A stretch of DNA of 63,703 nt, counting the filler, from Sphacelaria rigidula (taxonomy: Eukaryota), in NCBI GenBank assembly GCA_964200075.2. It is 7 parts of 7 records of this genome, joined end to end, with 100 filler letters (N's around TTAATTAATTAA, not from the genome) between each part and the next. Parts side by side here need not be neighbours in the genome. Positions count along the whole stretch, not along the records: positions 45,576 to 54,589 come from CAXNAA020009513.1; positions 54,690 to 63,703 come from CAXNAA020009514.1; 5 more parts are not named here. One strand, 5' to 3'. Made by a program: the position numbers and the translations under genes. Under the pieces are notes generated by a model, which saw only the letters and a program-made list of their open reading frames with translations, was not told the origin of the DNA and ran no database searches. Shown piece by piece: positions 52,004-63,703 of the stretch (position 1 is the stretch's first letter; each line of letters begins with the position of its first letter).

Positions 52004-53752
52004 AAATTTTCCACACTCTGGACAATGAATACAATATTAGTCCATTGCTTCAGCAATAGACAAGGGGAAAAATCTATTGATACATATTATCGAACACAAT
52101 AGATGGTGAAACACATCTATTGATATGTATCGCAAAGGACATTATATGCTGTGATAGTCAGTCGATAACCTTTGGCGCTTACAATAGATAAAGATCACTT
52201 GCCATCGATGGACATCGTGTACCGCAATACATTCTGGGTTGTCTAAATCGATACCCATTGCCGTAATCAATAGGTTTGGTGAGCCATCCATCGATAGTCA
52301 TTGCCGTCATCAATAGATTAAGTGAGTTATCCATCAATACACATTACCGCCACCAAGAGATTTGGTGAGCCGTTCATCGGCAGCCTCTGCCGCCAACAAT
52401 GCATTCTTCAGTATCTACCAATATGGACATTGCCGTCATTAATTGATTGCTCTCGGGAGCACCTACCGACAGCCAGTGACGCCAACGATAGGTTTCGAAA
52501 AATAGATTGCTCACTGTAGTGGCCTCATGATATCAATGGCAATACCCCTTACACATGAACACGCAACGACCTGAGGCGATAGCTGGCCATACCTTCTGTG
52601 GAAAAATGCGGAAACATACATCGAAAAATGTGCATACATAGCGTTAGTGATCGACGCCATTCAGCTACGGTTGTGGTCAGCAATAGATATTGGTGGCCGC
52701 GAATCCAATCGCATTGTGATCAGCGGTAGACATTGGTGGCCGCGTGGTAAATCCTATTGTGATTGTCAACAAACATTGGTGGCCACAATTCAGAGCCTAT
52801 TGCAAGAAATAAAATGTTTCGATAGACAACTGAGCCCCTCCATCGTCACGGCAACGATACATCATGTCCCTCGTCCCGAATCTATTGTCGCCTACAATAG
52901 CTATCGATAGACTTTGATGCAAGTAGATTACGACTGACAACGAACATTGACAGTCAAATTTTCGGGGCTGTTGCAGCGCCAATGTTCTGTTACATAGTCT
53001 ATTGTCCAGGGTTAAAGCACATCTCATCCACACACTAAAGTACTGTAAACGCTCATGTCCATCAGAGGGACAACCATAAGTACCAACACCACACCAACAA
53101 CAAAAGTTGTAAGCTTTTGTCAACACATGTTGCGGATTTTTACAAAATACAAGCGCTCCAAAATTGTAGAAACGTGATGCCATACATTCACAAGTAGTAT
53201 CATTATATACCCACTGCATGTCCACCTGCAGCCTCTCTACCGTACCTTAACGGAGTATAATATGCTCTATACGTAGTATGTTACGATGTAGGTGTGGCAA
53301 TAGACGACAGAGAAAATCTGTCGGTAGGCATTATATACCACATTTGATGCTGGTATGCATCTATTGATATTCATTGCCGCCATGCATAGATTTATACGCC
53401 ATCACTAGCTATTGTCTTCATCGATAGATTTGGTATACAATCTGTCCATAGCCATCGTCGTAATCAATAGTTTTGGCACGCGATCTATCGATAGTCATTG
53501 CCATCAATAGATTTGTAAAGCAATCGATCGATGCATTTGGTCGGCCGCAATAGATTTCGGTGTAGGGCCTTAGCAGACGGCTGCCCAGACAAGAGCGTGG
53601 GAAACTGGTTTATCGATAGACATTGCCAACGACAAGAGAAAGATAAACTTGCCGATTGATGGCCATTACGGACGACAATATTGGCATCTACTGCAGCAGA
53701 TTCTATTGTTATCGCAATAGATGCCGTCTATTGTCCAGAGTGTGAAATTTTC
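52004..53752. mobile_element. Non-autonomous TIR element with dense CAATAGA/ATCGAT subterminal motifs
   Basis: aaattttccacactctggacaat vs attgtccagagtgtgaaatttt as inverted ends, with many caatag/ctattg/atcgat motifs inside. Confidence 0.55.
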
Positions 53753-55959
53753 GTTGTTGCAAAACACACTTTGAAGGCTTTTATAGCACGCCCTTTGCTC
53801 CGAGTGACGGAGAGTACGATATGTTGCATTCTCCGAAATATGTTGGGATGAATAGTGTCCACGCCTCCCGAGACATGGGATAATGTTCAAGTGAGGCGGC
53901 GGCTACCTACACTACCTTACTGGACCCTTTTCAAACTGACAACTTTTTGTTCTTATAGTACTATATCACAATTATTATTACTTCCGCACATGAGCCCTAC
54001 AACACGTGAATGTTTTTGTCAAGATTTCGAGGGATGGTCCACCTGTCAATTTCGGGACAACACCCTCCCTCCCGCGATACTAAAACGGAAGCACCACATC
54101 ATTTACTACGTTCCCGTCACATTAGGTCGATCTATCGAACCCATGGCTGCAGTGTTCATCACTTCGTCGATTAGACAGTCGACCTGAAGAAATGCTCGTA
54201 CACAATGGTTGACAGGGATGACTACTTGATTATAGAGTTGAGAAAGTTCTGAGAAAATTCATGGTTTGGGGCAGGTGAGCAGTGGACCCAGCTCGTCCAG
54301 AACGTGTTTTTTTGTCGAAATCGGCGCCCCTGTACTTGTGACGTCTTGAAAAACTATACGTCACGTCACGTCACAGTAACATAGTTTGAAATTCGGAAAA
54401 AGGGGCCCAAAGGAGCTACCTTATGATCCCGATCAACACACTGATAAGAAGTGATTTTCAGGTAACTCATGAGCTGTCCCACGTGTGAAACACCTTCTGA
54501 CGGTTGGGTCGTGGGTTCGAATCTCGGTACAGTTCACGGTTAGGACAAATCATCACGACTCAAAATCACCAAATTCACGATTTCTTCGGNNNNNNNNNNN
54601 NNNNNNNNNNNNNNNNNNNNNNNNNNNNNNNNNTTAATTAATTAANNNNNNNNNNNNNNNNNNNNNNNNNNNNNNNNNNNNNNNNNNNNTTCAACCCCAT
54701 TTTCAAAAATCGGCTGTTAGAAGTCGACAATGCTGCAAAAATGGAACACCTAGAGCCAGGACGTTCCAGATATTTTCCTCTGGCACAAACCTTTACGCAT
54801 CGCAATGCATCGCCATGCCTCACGATCCATCACTTTCTGGCACCAAAGAGGGAAAAAAAGAGGCAATTCGGGGAATAAATTGGCCTATCCCCGGATTTTC
54901 GAAACAAAGTTGAGCATTCTTCTCCGTGTTTGGCAACGCCGAACACGACGAACACGTTCGCAGAGCTTCTAGGCTTTCTGTTTGTTCAGAGCTACCCAAC
55001 CAAGTGGGATTAGTTTCGACATAATTTTCGCAAAAAATTGATGTTCGACGGATGTGACCGAGTTGCAATGAAACACGTTTGCTGCCCCCCCGCTCCCCCC
55101 TCCACCCCCCCCCACAAAATTATCGCCAAAATCGACAATGACTACGAGAACGGCAGACGTGGCTCGCAGACAGCAGCGAGCACGAAACAGAGCAAGCCAA
55201 GCAGCGAAAACTTCGCCTAATCTTTCTCGACGACGACCTTCCACGCCCTGGTCCCTTACGGAGTAACACCTACGGCGAAGATATCCACGAGTGGCGGGTG
55301 TAAGGGGCGGGGGGTGGGGAGGGGGGGGGGGGGGGGGGCACGGTACAGAGTAAACAACGTTTTCGTGGGATTGATACCAGAATGCTCATTGAGAGCGGCT
55401 TTGATCATTCGCTTCAACTAAGCCAATTTTCCGTGTCTGCTTTTCTTTGTCTCCATCACTAGCGTGTGCTTACAGCTACACGTCGATATCCTACTCAGGG
55501 ATATCAAGGGCCTCAGTGGTGAGCTACTAAGTAAAGCATATCGGGCCTCACGGAGGTGCATTTCGGAACTGAAACTATTCAGTCGCTAATTGACTGCTTT
55601 TCAGTCTCGATCGTATCCTTTGTTCTCAATCTCACGAAAACATTGTTAGTAGTACGTCGAGTATCGGGTGGTACGCACAGTACTGGCACAATCTCTAAAC
55701 GCGGTACTTACAACACCTCTACAGACAGTATAGGCAGGGCCTCTCTGAAGAGTAAGTGCAATCAGCAGAACACGTCGAGACAGCAATGAGCAGGCAAACG
55801 CCAAGTGCTTCGTCGGCGAAGAATGCGGCGGAAATATTACCGAATCAAACGTAGCATGACTGAGAGCAGACGAACACCACGCCACAGCAACAGCCCCTGG
55901 CTCTAGCTCCAGACACATGCGTTGTATCACATAAACGAAACGGCTCTTGACAGAGAGTA

Positions 55960-56481
55960 ACGCACCTGTCTCATCTGTGTTCCATCTGTGGTCGGTTGCT
56001 CGCTTTTGCTTGTGCACGTAGTCCTCACAGGCCGCATAAAACTCCGGCATGCGATCTTCTTCGTCGGCCGCACCACCCTGTCGGCCTTGAAGATGCGGTT
56101 GCTGCGCTCACCTGGCCGCGGGTGCCTCCGAAGGAACAAGCCGAGCCATTTTTGACCTGAGCCTACTGTCGGGTCTTGTGGCACCGGTTGGGTGTCGCTC
56201 CAGAGTGCCATAGCCGCCTCTTTCAGGCCATCTCTATTCAGGCCCGTTGACGAGCTGCGGCAAATTTTCAGCGTATCTTCGAAGGAATTTTCTTCCCACC
56301 TCGACAATACAGTACCCGGACCAACCCTGCCAGCTATGCCCACGCTACCACGGACACGCTTCTGCAGCGAACCAACGAAGCTTTCAAGAGTCTTTGCAGT
56401 AGCATGGAAGGTCATGCGATCGCTGCGTACCGCTTCTACGGCCTCTGTTGCACGTTCTGGGTCCACCTTTACTCTCTGCAT
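55960..56481 (-). pseudogene. pogo/Tigger-like transposase pseudogene (psq-HTH, CENP-B HTH, start of DDE_1)
   Basis: EAVEAVRSDRMTF...GPGTVLSRWEE...GQKWLGLFLRRHP, then a frameshifted WNTDETG. Confidence 0.85.
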
Positions 56482-57589
56482 GCTTAGCAACCGATCGATC
56501 AAAAAGCCGATTTTGAAAAAAGACACACACGCCCTTATTCCCAGTGCTGTGGGATGGTGTTTTAATATACAAAAGGCACGTCCAGTAGCTCAAAAGCAAC
56601 CTCGTGCTCTTGTGCACACGCAGAAAAAAACAGAATGGAAAACAACCAATATTTCGCGGAGTTGTGGACTAATAAAAAAGAGAGTACCTTAATTGGTACT
56701 GTACCGAAATTGGCACGTTTACTCTACGCAAAATGATCTTTAACAAATATCAAAATGCCCAGTGAAGAACGCAAATCATCAACTACTGCAAGTCTGATCT
56801 CTTATCACATAAATCACCACTGCCAGGCAGTAGTCGCATAAATGCATCCTCATGCATAATCGATAGGTCTCAAACCTTATTTAAAACCAAAATCACGCGC
56901 AGTATAAACCTCTCTTAAGATGTGACGGATATAATAATAATAAAAAAAGCTGGAGCTGTCCACATCTATCTCCGGCCTCTGCATCTCTCCTCCGGTTCAA
57001 AGCCTCGAATCCATCTCCGCGCTTCATTCCATCAATTCGCTTCTCCGTATTTCCATGCCATTCTAGTGCCCCCCCTGCTTCCTTAGCTGTCCGTACTCGA
57101 CCACATGCGGATCCCTACGCGCCCCCCTGCTCAATTCGACCGGCACCGCGCCATGCGTGAAAAGATGTTCGCTGACACCGTCGGTGGTAGCGGCAGCGGC
57201 TGTAGTGTTGTCGGCAATGATAAAGGGATTGAGAATGAAGACGGTGGTCGCGTATGGTGCAAACGTGGGACTGTTGGAGCGGGAATCAACCGCGGGACTG
57301 TTGAAGCGGGAATAGGAAGTGTAGCTGCGGTAGTAGGTGGTTACCACGGTGATGCGGCAACGGAGAAAGGTGATGGTAGCGTCGGTGTGTCGGCGGCGTT
57401 GGCGACGCGGTTAATGTTGCTTCCCCCGCCCCCGCCGTCGAGCCACGCCGCTGTGGGAAATGGCTGACGAGTCCCCGTCCACGCGACGCTGTTGGTGATG
57501 TCCATTACTCGTTGTGGTTGGCCGTTGGTGGAGGGTCGTCGGTTGGGTGTCAGTGCCGTGTTCCTTCTCTCCCCCTCACTCAAATCCCC

Positions 57590-60500
57590 AACACATGAAA
57601 ACCGAGTACAAATATATGTGCGGAAATTTTGATCGACATTCACAGGCTATGGGATAGAGACAGAGTTCTGCGGGATTTACCGACACTCGCTCGCTGTGGA
57701 ATGGAGTCCGAAGCCAGGATAAACACACTGACACTTGCTCGCTGTGGAATGGAAGCAGTATCAGAGGGAATATATTGACACTAACTCGCTGTGGAGCAGG
57801 AGCAAAATCGGGGGGAATCTTACCGACACTAGCTTGCTGTGGAATGGAAGCAGTATCAGAGGGAATCTTACTGACACTAGCTCGCTGTAGAGCAGAAGCA
57901 GAATCTGGGGGAATCTTACTCGCACTCACTCGCTGTGGAGCAGTAGCTAAATCCGGGAGAATCTTACTGGCACTCACTCCCTGTGGAATGGAAGCAGTAT
58001 CAGAGGGAATATTACTGACACTAACTCGCTGTGGAGAAGAAGCACAATATGGGGGAATCTTACTTGCACTCACTCTCTGTGGAATGGAAGCAGAGTCTGG
58101 GGGAATCGTGCTGATGTTTGCTCGCTGTGGGATGGATGCAATGTCACTCTCAGTGGCAACAACAGGTATGGCTAATGGAATCTGTCCGTAGGTCGATGGT
58201 AGGCGTGTGGCAAATTGTGATGGGGAACGCTCATCGTAGTCGAAACGTAGCTTGCTGTCGAACAGGTGTATACACCTTTTTCATCGCAGCCTACTCGTTG
58301 GCTCTTTTGCGCCTGATGAACAAAGAACACATTAAACTGAATCCCTTCCAATACATGAACGTCCATGAGCAGTACACTAGTCTCTTCCGTAACTGGGGAG
58401 TTGTCGTCACATGATTAGTGAACTTTTAACTTGAGACTCCCGACTGCCTTGACCGGTAGCACTTTACCATTCCCTACAACAACATTTTCTTTCCCCTCTG
58501 GGAGAGGACGAGTATATCGAAAACGTCGGTCATGCTGCCTGTGGTGTGGTGCGATGTACCCGAGTCTTCAATTCATAGTTCTGGACCAGAAACAGGCGGA
58601 GATTTCGTCTGATGCAACGTACTATCCTTCACATAGAAATTACCCAAAGTAAAAACTGACTTTTCTGGGGAGGCAGAAAGCGCTATGTACATATTTCCAC
58701 CAGGGTTATCAGTATGCGGCAGCTCGGCAGTGGACGTTGGATGGGGGGGGGGGGGGGGCGTACTTGGATGGGGGGTTGCCGAATGGGATTGTGGATCGGA
58801 TGACTCATAATGATAGAGTGGAGAGTATGGCGGTGGTTGTGCATCGGAGGAGGGATCATGGTGGAATTGGTCGGGCGGTAGAGTTGGGGACGGGTGATAT
58901 GTCGATGGTGATGCAGCTGAGGAATGATACAGACAGTTGTCTGTTGCTTGGCTAGGTGGTGGGTGGTCATAGGATGATGGACGTGATGTGTAGCAGGGGA
59001 GATGTTCGGTGTTGGGGGTAGGTTGCAGCTGCAGTTGATATTGAGGGGTATGATACTGTACGGTGTGGGCAAACCCGGCATGGTTGAAAGCATTTTCGCC
59101 ATAGACAAAGGTATCAACGCTCTCATAATGCTGCTGCGCGGTATCGGTTTGCTGAACGGTATTGGCGTGAGGTGGATGGCTGTTGACATGGCGTTGCGGA
59201 TGTGAGTTGTGGAATGATGATGGTGTGTGGTTTAATTGGTGTTGGTGTTGCAGGTGTTGGTGATGGGTTGAGCCCTGATTACCCGAAAAACGGTGGCTAT
59301 TTGGGCCTGTGTTCGTTGGTTGGTGGATGTTGTGCTGGCGAGGAGGGCAGCTAGGGCAGTTGAATAGCTTCGTTGATTGGGTTGGTGTACCATACCACAG
59401 CCCGGTCCCGACCAGTTCCACCGACTGTGTGGTCGCCATTGCTGCTGTCGTCTCGGGGGATACCACCCCCTCGACCACCATGACCACCCCTGAAGTGTTG
59501 CTGTGAGCCATGATGAGAATGGAAACCGGATTGCTGTGGGGAAATGGTGCGGTGTGATAGGGGGTTGGATTGATGTATGGAATTGGAGCGGAACTGGGAT
59601 GGGTTGTGGTGGTGTATTGTTGTTGGGAATTGTTCTGTCGTCGCCCTCCACCGTTCTGCCATCTGCCTGGTGAACCATGACCCCCTCTACCGGCAGTACT
59701 AGTGGCGGAAAGTGCATGGTTCAAGGTTATATTTCCCCTCTCTTTTCACAACTGTGATTCAGCATAAGCGTTCTCTAGATGGTGCTTTTCGTCCCCTGTG
59801 CAAATATCACGTTTTGCCAATGAAGTCCTACGCTCGTGCTCGTATTCTGACGAAAGGCATCAAACAGTATGTCTGTTCGCCTCCGAGTCTGAGAGAATAA
59901 ATTTAATTCCGCGCGTTTCGTGCGAATGAACTCTGCCCGCGAGAGAAAACTCATCGGCAATTCTCCGTTAGCGATCTGCTACGTTTTCCATTAGTACTCC
60001 ACCTTGGCCTTTTCCGTGGCTGATGGAGTCCTGAAGTACTTGACTACGTAATATCATGCTTGGCTTGGGTTCGCAAGCGTATCTACTTGCCTTACCAGGG
60101 GGGGATAGGTGACCTTATCAAGGATGATCTTCATGGTTTTTTAGCTTTATCGACAGCTACGTTACCGACATGTGCTCTCAAATCATCGTCATTTCACGGT
60201 ATACTTTGATGGGGTTGTTGGTTTCCAATGCGTCATAGCATTCTTCGTCCTTGAAATACGCACACATCTGGATGTAGAGCACGTGAAATTTGTCCCTGGC
60301 ATTCGTGGATGTTGTAGATTTTTCATCCCAAGATGGTACGCTTTTATTGCTGCGAATACGGTGGCAAGGGTGTGTGTGGAACGGTGCTTGCGGTGCTGTA
60401 GTAGCAAACATAACCGGTGTACTGTTCATCGCCTGCTTCATTTTATTCAACTCTTCACTTTCATGTCTTGATTGTTCTACCATGGTCATAGGGTCCTGGT

Positions 60501-60897
60501 GTTTCGTCATATTTTCCTCACTCTGTACTTGATCTCAAATCGATGTCCTCCTGAAAACTCTCTTCACCCTCTTGAAAACCTAGTCAAATTGCCAACCTTG
60601 CTCACCCGTTACTCTAACCTGAAAACTCGCACACGTCTCTCTCGAATCCTCTTCGATCCAAACTCCCCCCTTGCTCAAACTGTCTCCAATCTCGAACCCC
60701 TTCAGCAAAGGCGTCAAGTATCTTTCGCTAGCGTGAGAAACCGCTCCGATGCGGGGGTAATCGTCCACACAACTCACGTGTGCGTGAATGAAAGTCAGTA
60801 GCCTGGTTCACGGCAAACAACAGTATTGTAGAGCGCTTTATCTTATTCTCTGATCAAATCCTGCGTTCTTTCTCAGTTTTGACACATTCTACGATAG
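57590..60897 (-). mobile_element. Degenerate Ty1/Copia remnant (gag-like region plus aspartic protease), 3'-truncated
   Basis: Protease motif (W>stop)IEDSGTSHHTTG at ~58540-58575, then NVVVGNGKVLPVKAVGSLKL and LLMDVHVLEGIQFN. A long Gln/Pro/His-rich gag tail lies upstream. No integrase core or RT is seen. Confidence 0.75.
57685..58140 (-). repeat. 48-bp coding minisatellite, ~10 units (16-aa repeat IPPDSASALQRASVSK)
   Basis: Unit anchors at 57690, 57738, 57785, 57833, 57881, 57929, 57977, 58025, 58073 and 58121. Confidence 0.92.
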
Positions 60898-61110
60898 CCC
60901 CCCCCAAAAGTGCATGGTTTTGGGAGGCAAAATCTTCACGTGAATCAAAATGGGAAAAGCCGAGCACAACGAGAAGCTGGGCATTCACACGCTTGGGTTT
61001 GTTCTAGCCAATACCGCCAATATGAGGCGCTTCATGCAGCCTGAACCCGAAGATCTGGCGCCATATGACCATTGTTTTCGTGACACTTTAAGCTGGTTTT
61101 GGGGGGGGGC

Positions 61111-63703
61111 TATCGTAGAAAGTGTCTTTTCCTCGATCAATCTCACTCAGTCACCCAATAACTCACGCTCAATCTCTCTCACTTAATCCCTCACGCACGT
61201 ACTCATCACACACACTTATGCAAGCCCCCAGAGCAAGGCTCGTTGACAGCGGCACCCCAAACCAAACTAAACGACGATGGGCGGTGCATAGCTCGGTTGT
61301 CTGCGCGTGAAGTATATTGTCCTCGCATGACCTGCGTCATAAGACACTGTTCCTCTGATTGACTATGATCATACTCCGCAACCTCAACATGGTTGATGTC
61401 TACTTGTACCGCACTACATCTTTCATCACTCTTGTACATGACTGAGCGTGAGCATATTCGATCACGGTCCACGGCCGACTCCGCCACAAGTAAGCCACAG
61501 TAGCACTACCAGAACTAGAAAAATCTCGATGACACAGTCAAATCTCCCGCCAACGTTGGTCCCAGAAGGAAAATGGAGCGAAGTGGTGCCCACAATTCCC
61601 GGCGCTTTTCTCAACCGAGATCGGATTCACGCTCCCGACGATTGTGCAGAATCCCCACAGTACGACGCCACGCCATCAAACACCCTAACCCTTTGCAGTT
61701 ATCCTCCGAGAGTCAGCAGAAAAGCTGTGTGCTCCCGCGGGAAGTGGAAAAGTAGAGTGGCGACCACCAGCAGTAATACTAACCTCAAATCGATAGGAAA
61801 AGATAACGCGCCCATAACCCCGAAAACATAGACGGAATGGGTTGCATATAACACTCCACTCATCATTTCTCTCCACCGAACCGACTAGCATCGTTAGCGC
61901 GCACAGCAGCCGATCTGACACGGAATGACGACCAGAACGTAGACGGCTATGCGGTGAAATATACGACTTCAAAGGAAAGATTCACGTGACCGAGACATTG
62001 CTAGTCAAATCTCCTGGTCGCGACACGCTTCGCTTCATAGTAAGCGTGATCAGAACAGCAGTGTTCGAGGCTGGCCTCAAGCCCCACATCAGAGTCGAAA
62101 TGGTGAGAGAGGGTACTATGCTCGATTTTCGAACAGCGACAGCTAGAGGCAAAAACACGAGCAAAATTAACTCCGCACATCGCACGAACAAGCTGGAGAT
62201 ACTTCCCATGTCTCGGCCGTAACTACAAACTCCCCACGTCCACAGCTGGCTGACATGATAGCCGATCAAGGCGCGATCTTCACGGGCCTTCGATCCCACT
62301 TAAAAGCGATAAAGGGGAAACGAGCACGTGCCGAGAAACGGTCTACAAGCCGTGATAGGAGCACGAGTAGAGCGGGTGCAGAAATGAAAAGAGTTCGCTT
62401 CAAGGATAGTAGCGATAAGAGTACGAGCAGCGACAAGCAGACTCGCAGAAAACCGAAAAAGCCGAATCGTTGCGAATACGCACCCTGCAGGTGGAAGAAC
62501 ACGCACGAACCGGCAGACTGCCGCTTCAGGCAGAGCCACATTGAGTTTGCTAAAAAGTACAACCCATGAAGACACCCAAGAGAGGATCCTTGGTCTGGAC
62601 AAGGCATAAGCAGCAAATATCCATGTACAAAATCGAGGTAAACAAACAGACGCGATATCGTCAACCCGTTGGCTCGTAAGATTGGAAAGTCTCATTTGTC
62701 TGGAAGTACGATGGATCAACCACGAAGAGTACGCAAGGGGTCCCGGGTAGAGGCCAACAAAGTACAAGATGAACGAGAGCAGAAGCGTAACAACAATAAG
62801 CAGAGTACAAATAGCGCATGCGTCGAACAGACGCAACGTATGTATTTAGCTCCGCCGGTGGCTTGTATGAGTAGCTCCTCACAGCAAAAAACAAGCAAAA
62901 CATCCGTCTTCATTTCTAAATCCGATCTTTAACTATCACTGTTATGACTCATACAACGCATCATCACTCGCCAGGTATGCAGATACGCCAACAGCGTTAT
63001 CCTATGCATCAGTGCGCGTTAGAGTCGCAGCCAGAGGAAATAGTACCCCCGCTGAGGACTTCACAACCGATTGCGCGGCAGATGTACCATGAACCGGCAA
63101 AAGGTTCATAGATGAACATCCACCAATAAATGCAGCTGATATAGAATCTGTGCCGCCAGGGTCTATCGATCTCAAAGGCGCGGACGGTTCCTCTATCAGA
63201 ATTTTAGAGTTCAGTCGTTTCGAGCTTGCGTTGTACATTAAAACCCTGCTAGTAGGAGCGTTTGTCATACCTAATGTGGGTCCGGATTGTGTATGTCTAG
63301 GCAATTCCATTATGAGTCCTTTCAAAGCTGTACTCGACTGGCAAGCGAAAGTACTGACATCCCACGATTCCACAGTCGAAATCAACGCATCACATCGAAA
63401 ACAACAGAGTTCACAGGATCCAAAATACTCCGAAACATCACATTGTTCTGTAGATAGTATTAAATGCTCCGAGGACCCCATCCGGGGTTTTCTGATGAAA
63501 ACATGCAGTTCAACACCGCAAAGCGAAATGACAATGTTGGTCGAAACGAAAAATGCCCCGTCAACAACAACACCAGCTGTCATAGAGCAACGCACATGGA
63601 ACGAGAATGACATTCGACCGCCTGATGTACCCCAGGCTTTAAACAGGGTTGCCAGAAAAATGAGAACGTATTTTGAAATGAGAATCAACCGCTCCCCGGG
63701 ATT
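61111..63703 (+). mobile_element. Degenerate Ty3/Gypsy 5' part: putative LTR (61111-~61488), gag and protease, running off the contig end
   Basis: Gag-like VFEAGLKPHIR, Zn knuckle CEYAPCRWKNTHEPADC, protease-like FTTDCAADVP...LKGADGSSIRIL...FKAVLDW on the + strand at ~63060-63360, with stops and frameshifts. Confidence 0.75.

Noticed and set aside
57685..58140. CRISPR-like array
   Set aside because: Units are tandem and similar along their whole length with no unique spacers, there are no cas genes, and the context is eukaryotic.
63002..63688. 228-aa minus-strand ORF
   Set aside because: Antisense shadow of the + strand Gypsy protease region.

Overview
Eukaryotic, intron-rich, repeat-dominated DNA; the repeat types, long introns and CCCTAA motifs suggest a brown alga (inference only). 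The window is not contiguous. It is seven unrelated ~9.0-kb contigs (9016, 9015, 9015, 9015, 9014, 9014, 9014 bp) joined by identical 100-bp N44-TTAATTAATTAA-N44 linkers. Supported content: (1) a degenerate Ty3/Gypsy element (protease, RT, RNase H, integrase, chromodomain, extra Tudor/PWWP-like tail, 3' LTR) plus a second divergent integrase-tail copy; (2) a Copia gag-protease remnant carrying a 48-bp coding minisatellite, back to back with a second Gypsy gag-protease; (3) pogo and mariner transposase remnants; (4) a tRNA-derived SINE family, several MITE families and two long inverted repeats; (5) host gene fragments: four exons of an Aurora-like Ser/Thr kinase, a probable DysF-domain gene and a few orphan exons. 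I found no CRISPR array or clearly new multi-gene system. The best leads are the integrase tail domain, the duplicated kinase splice acceptor, the 270-bp hairpin and the Copia repeat insert.
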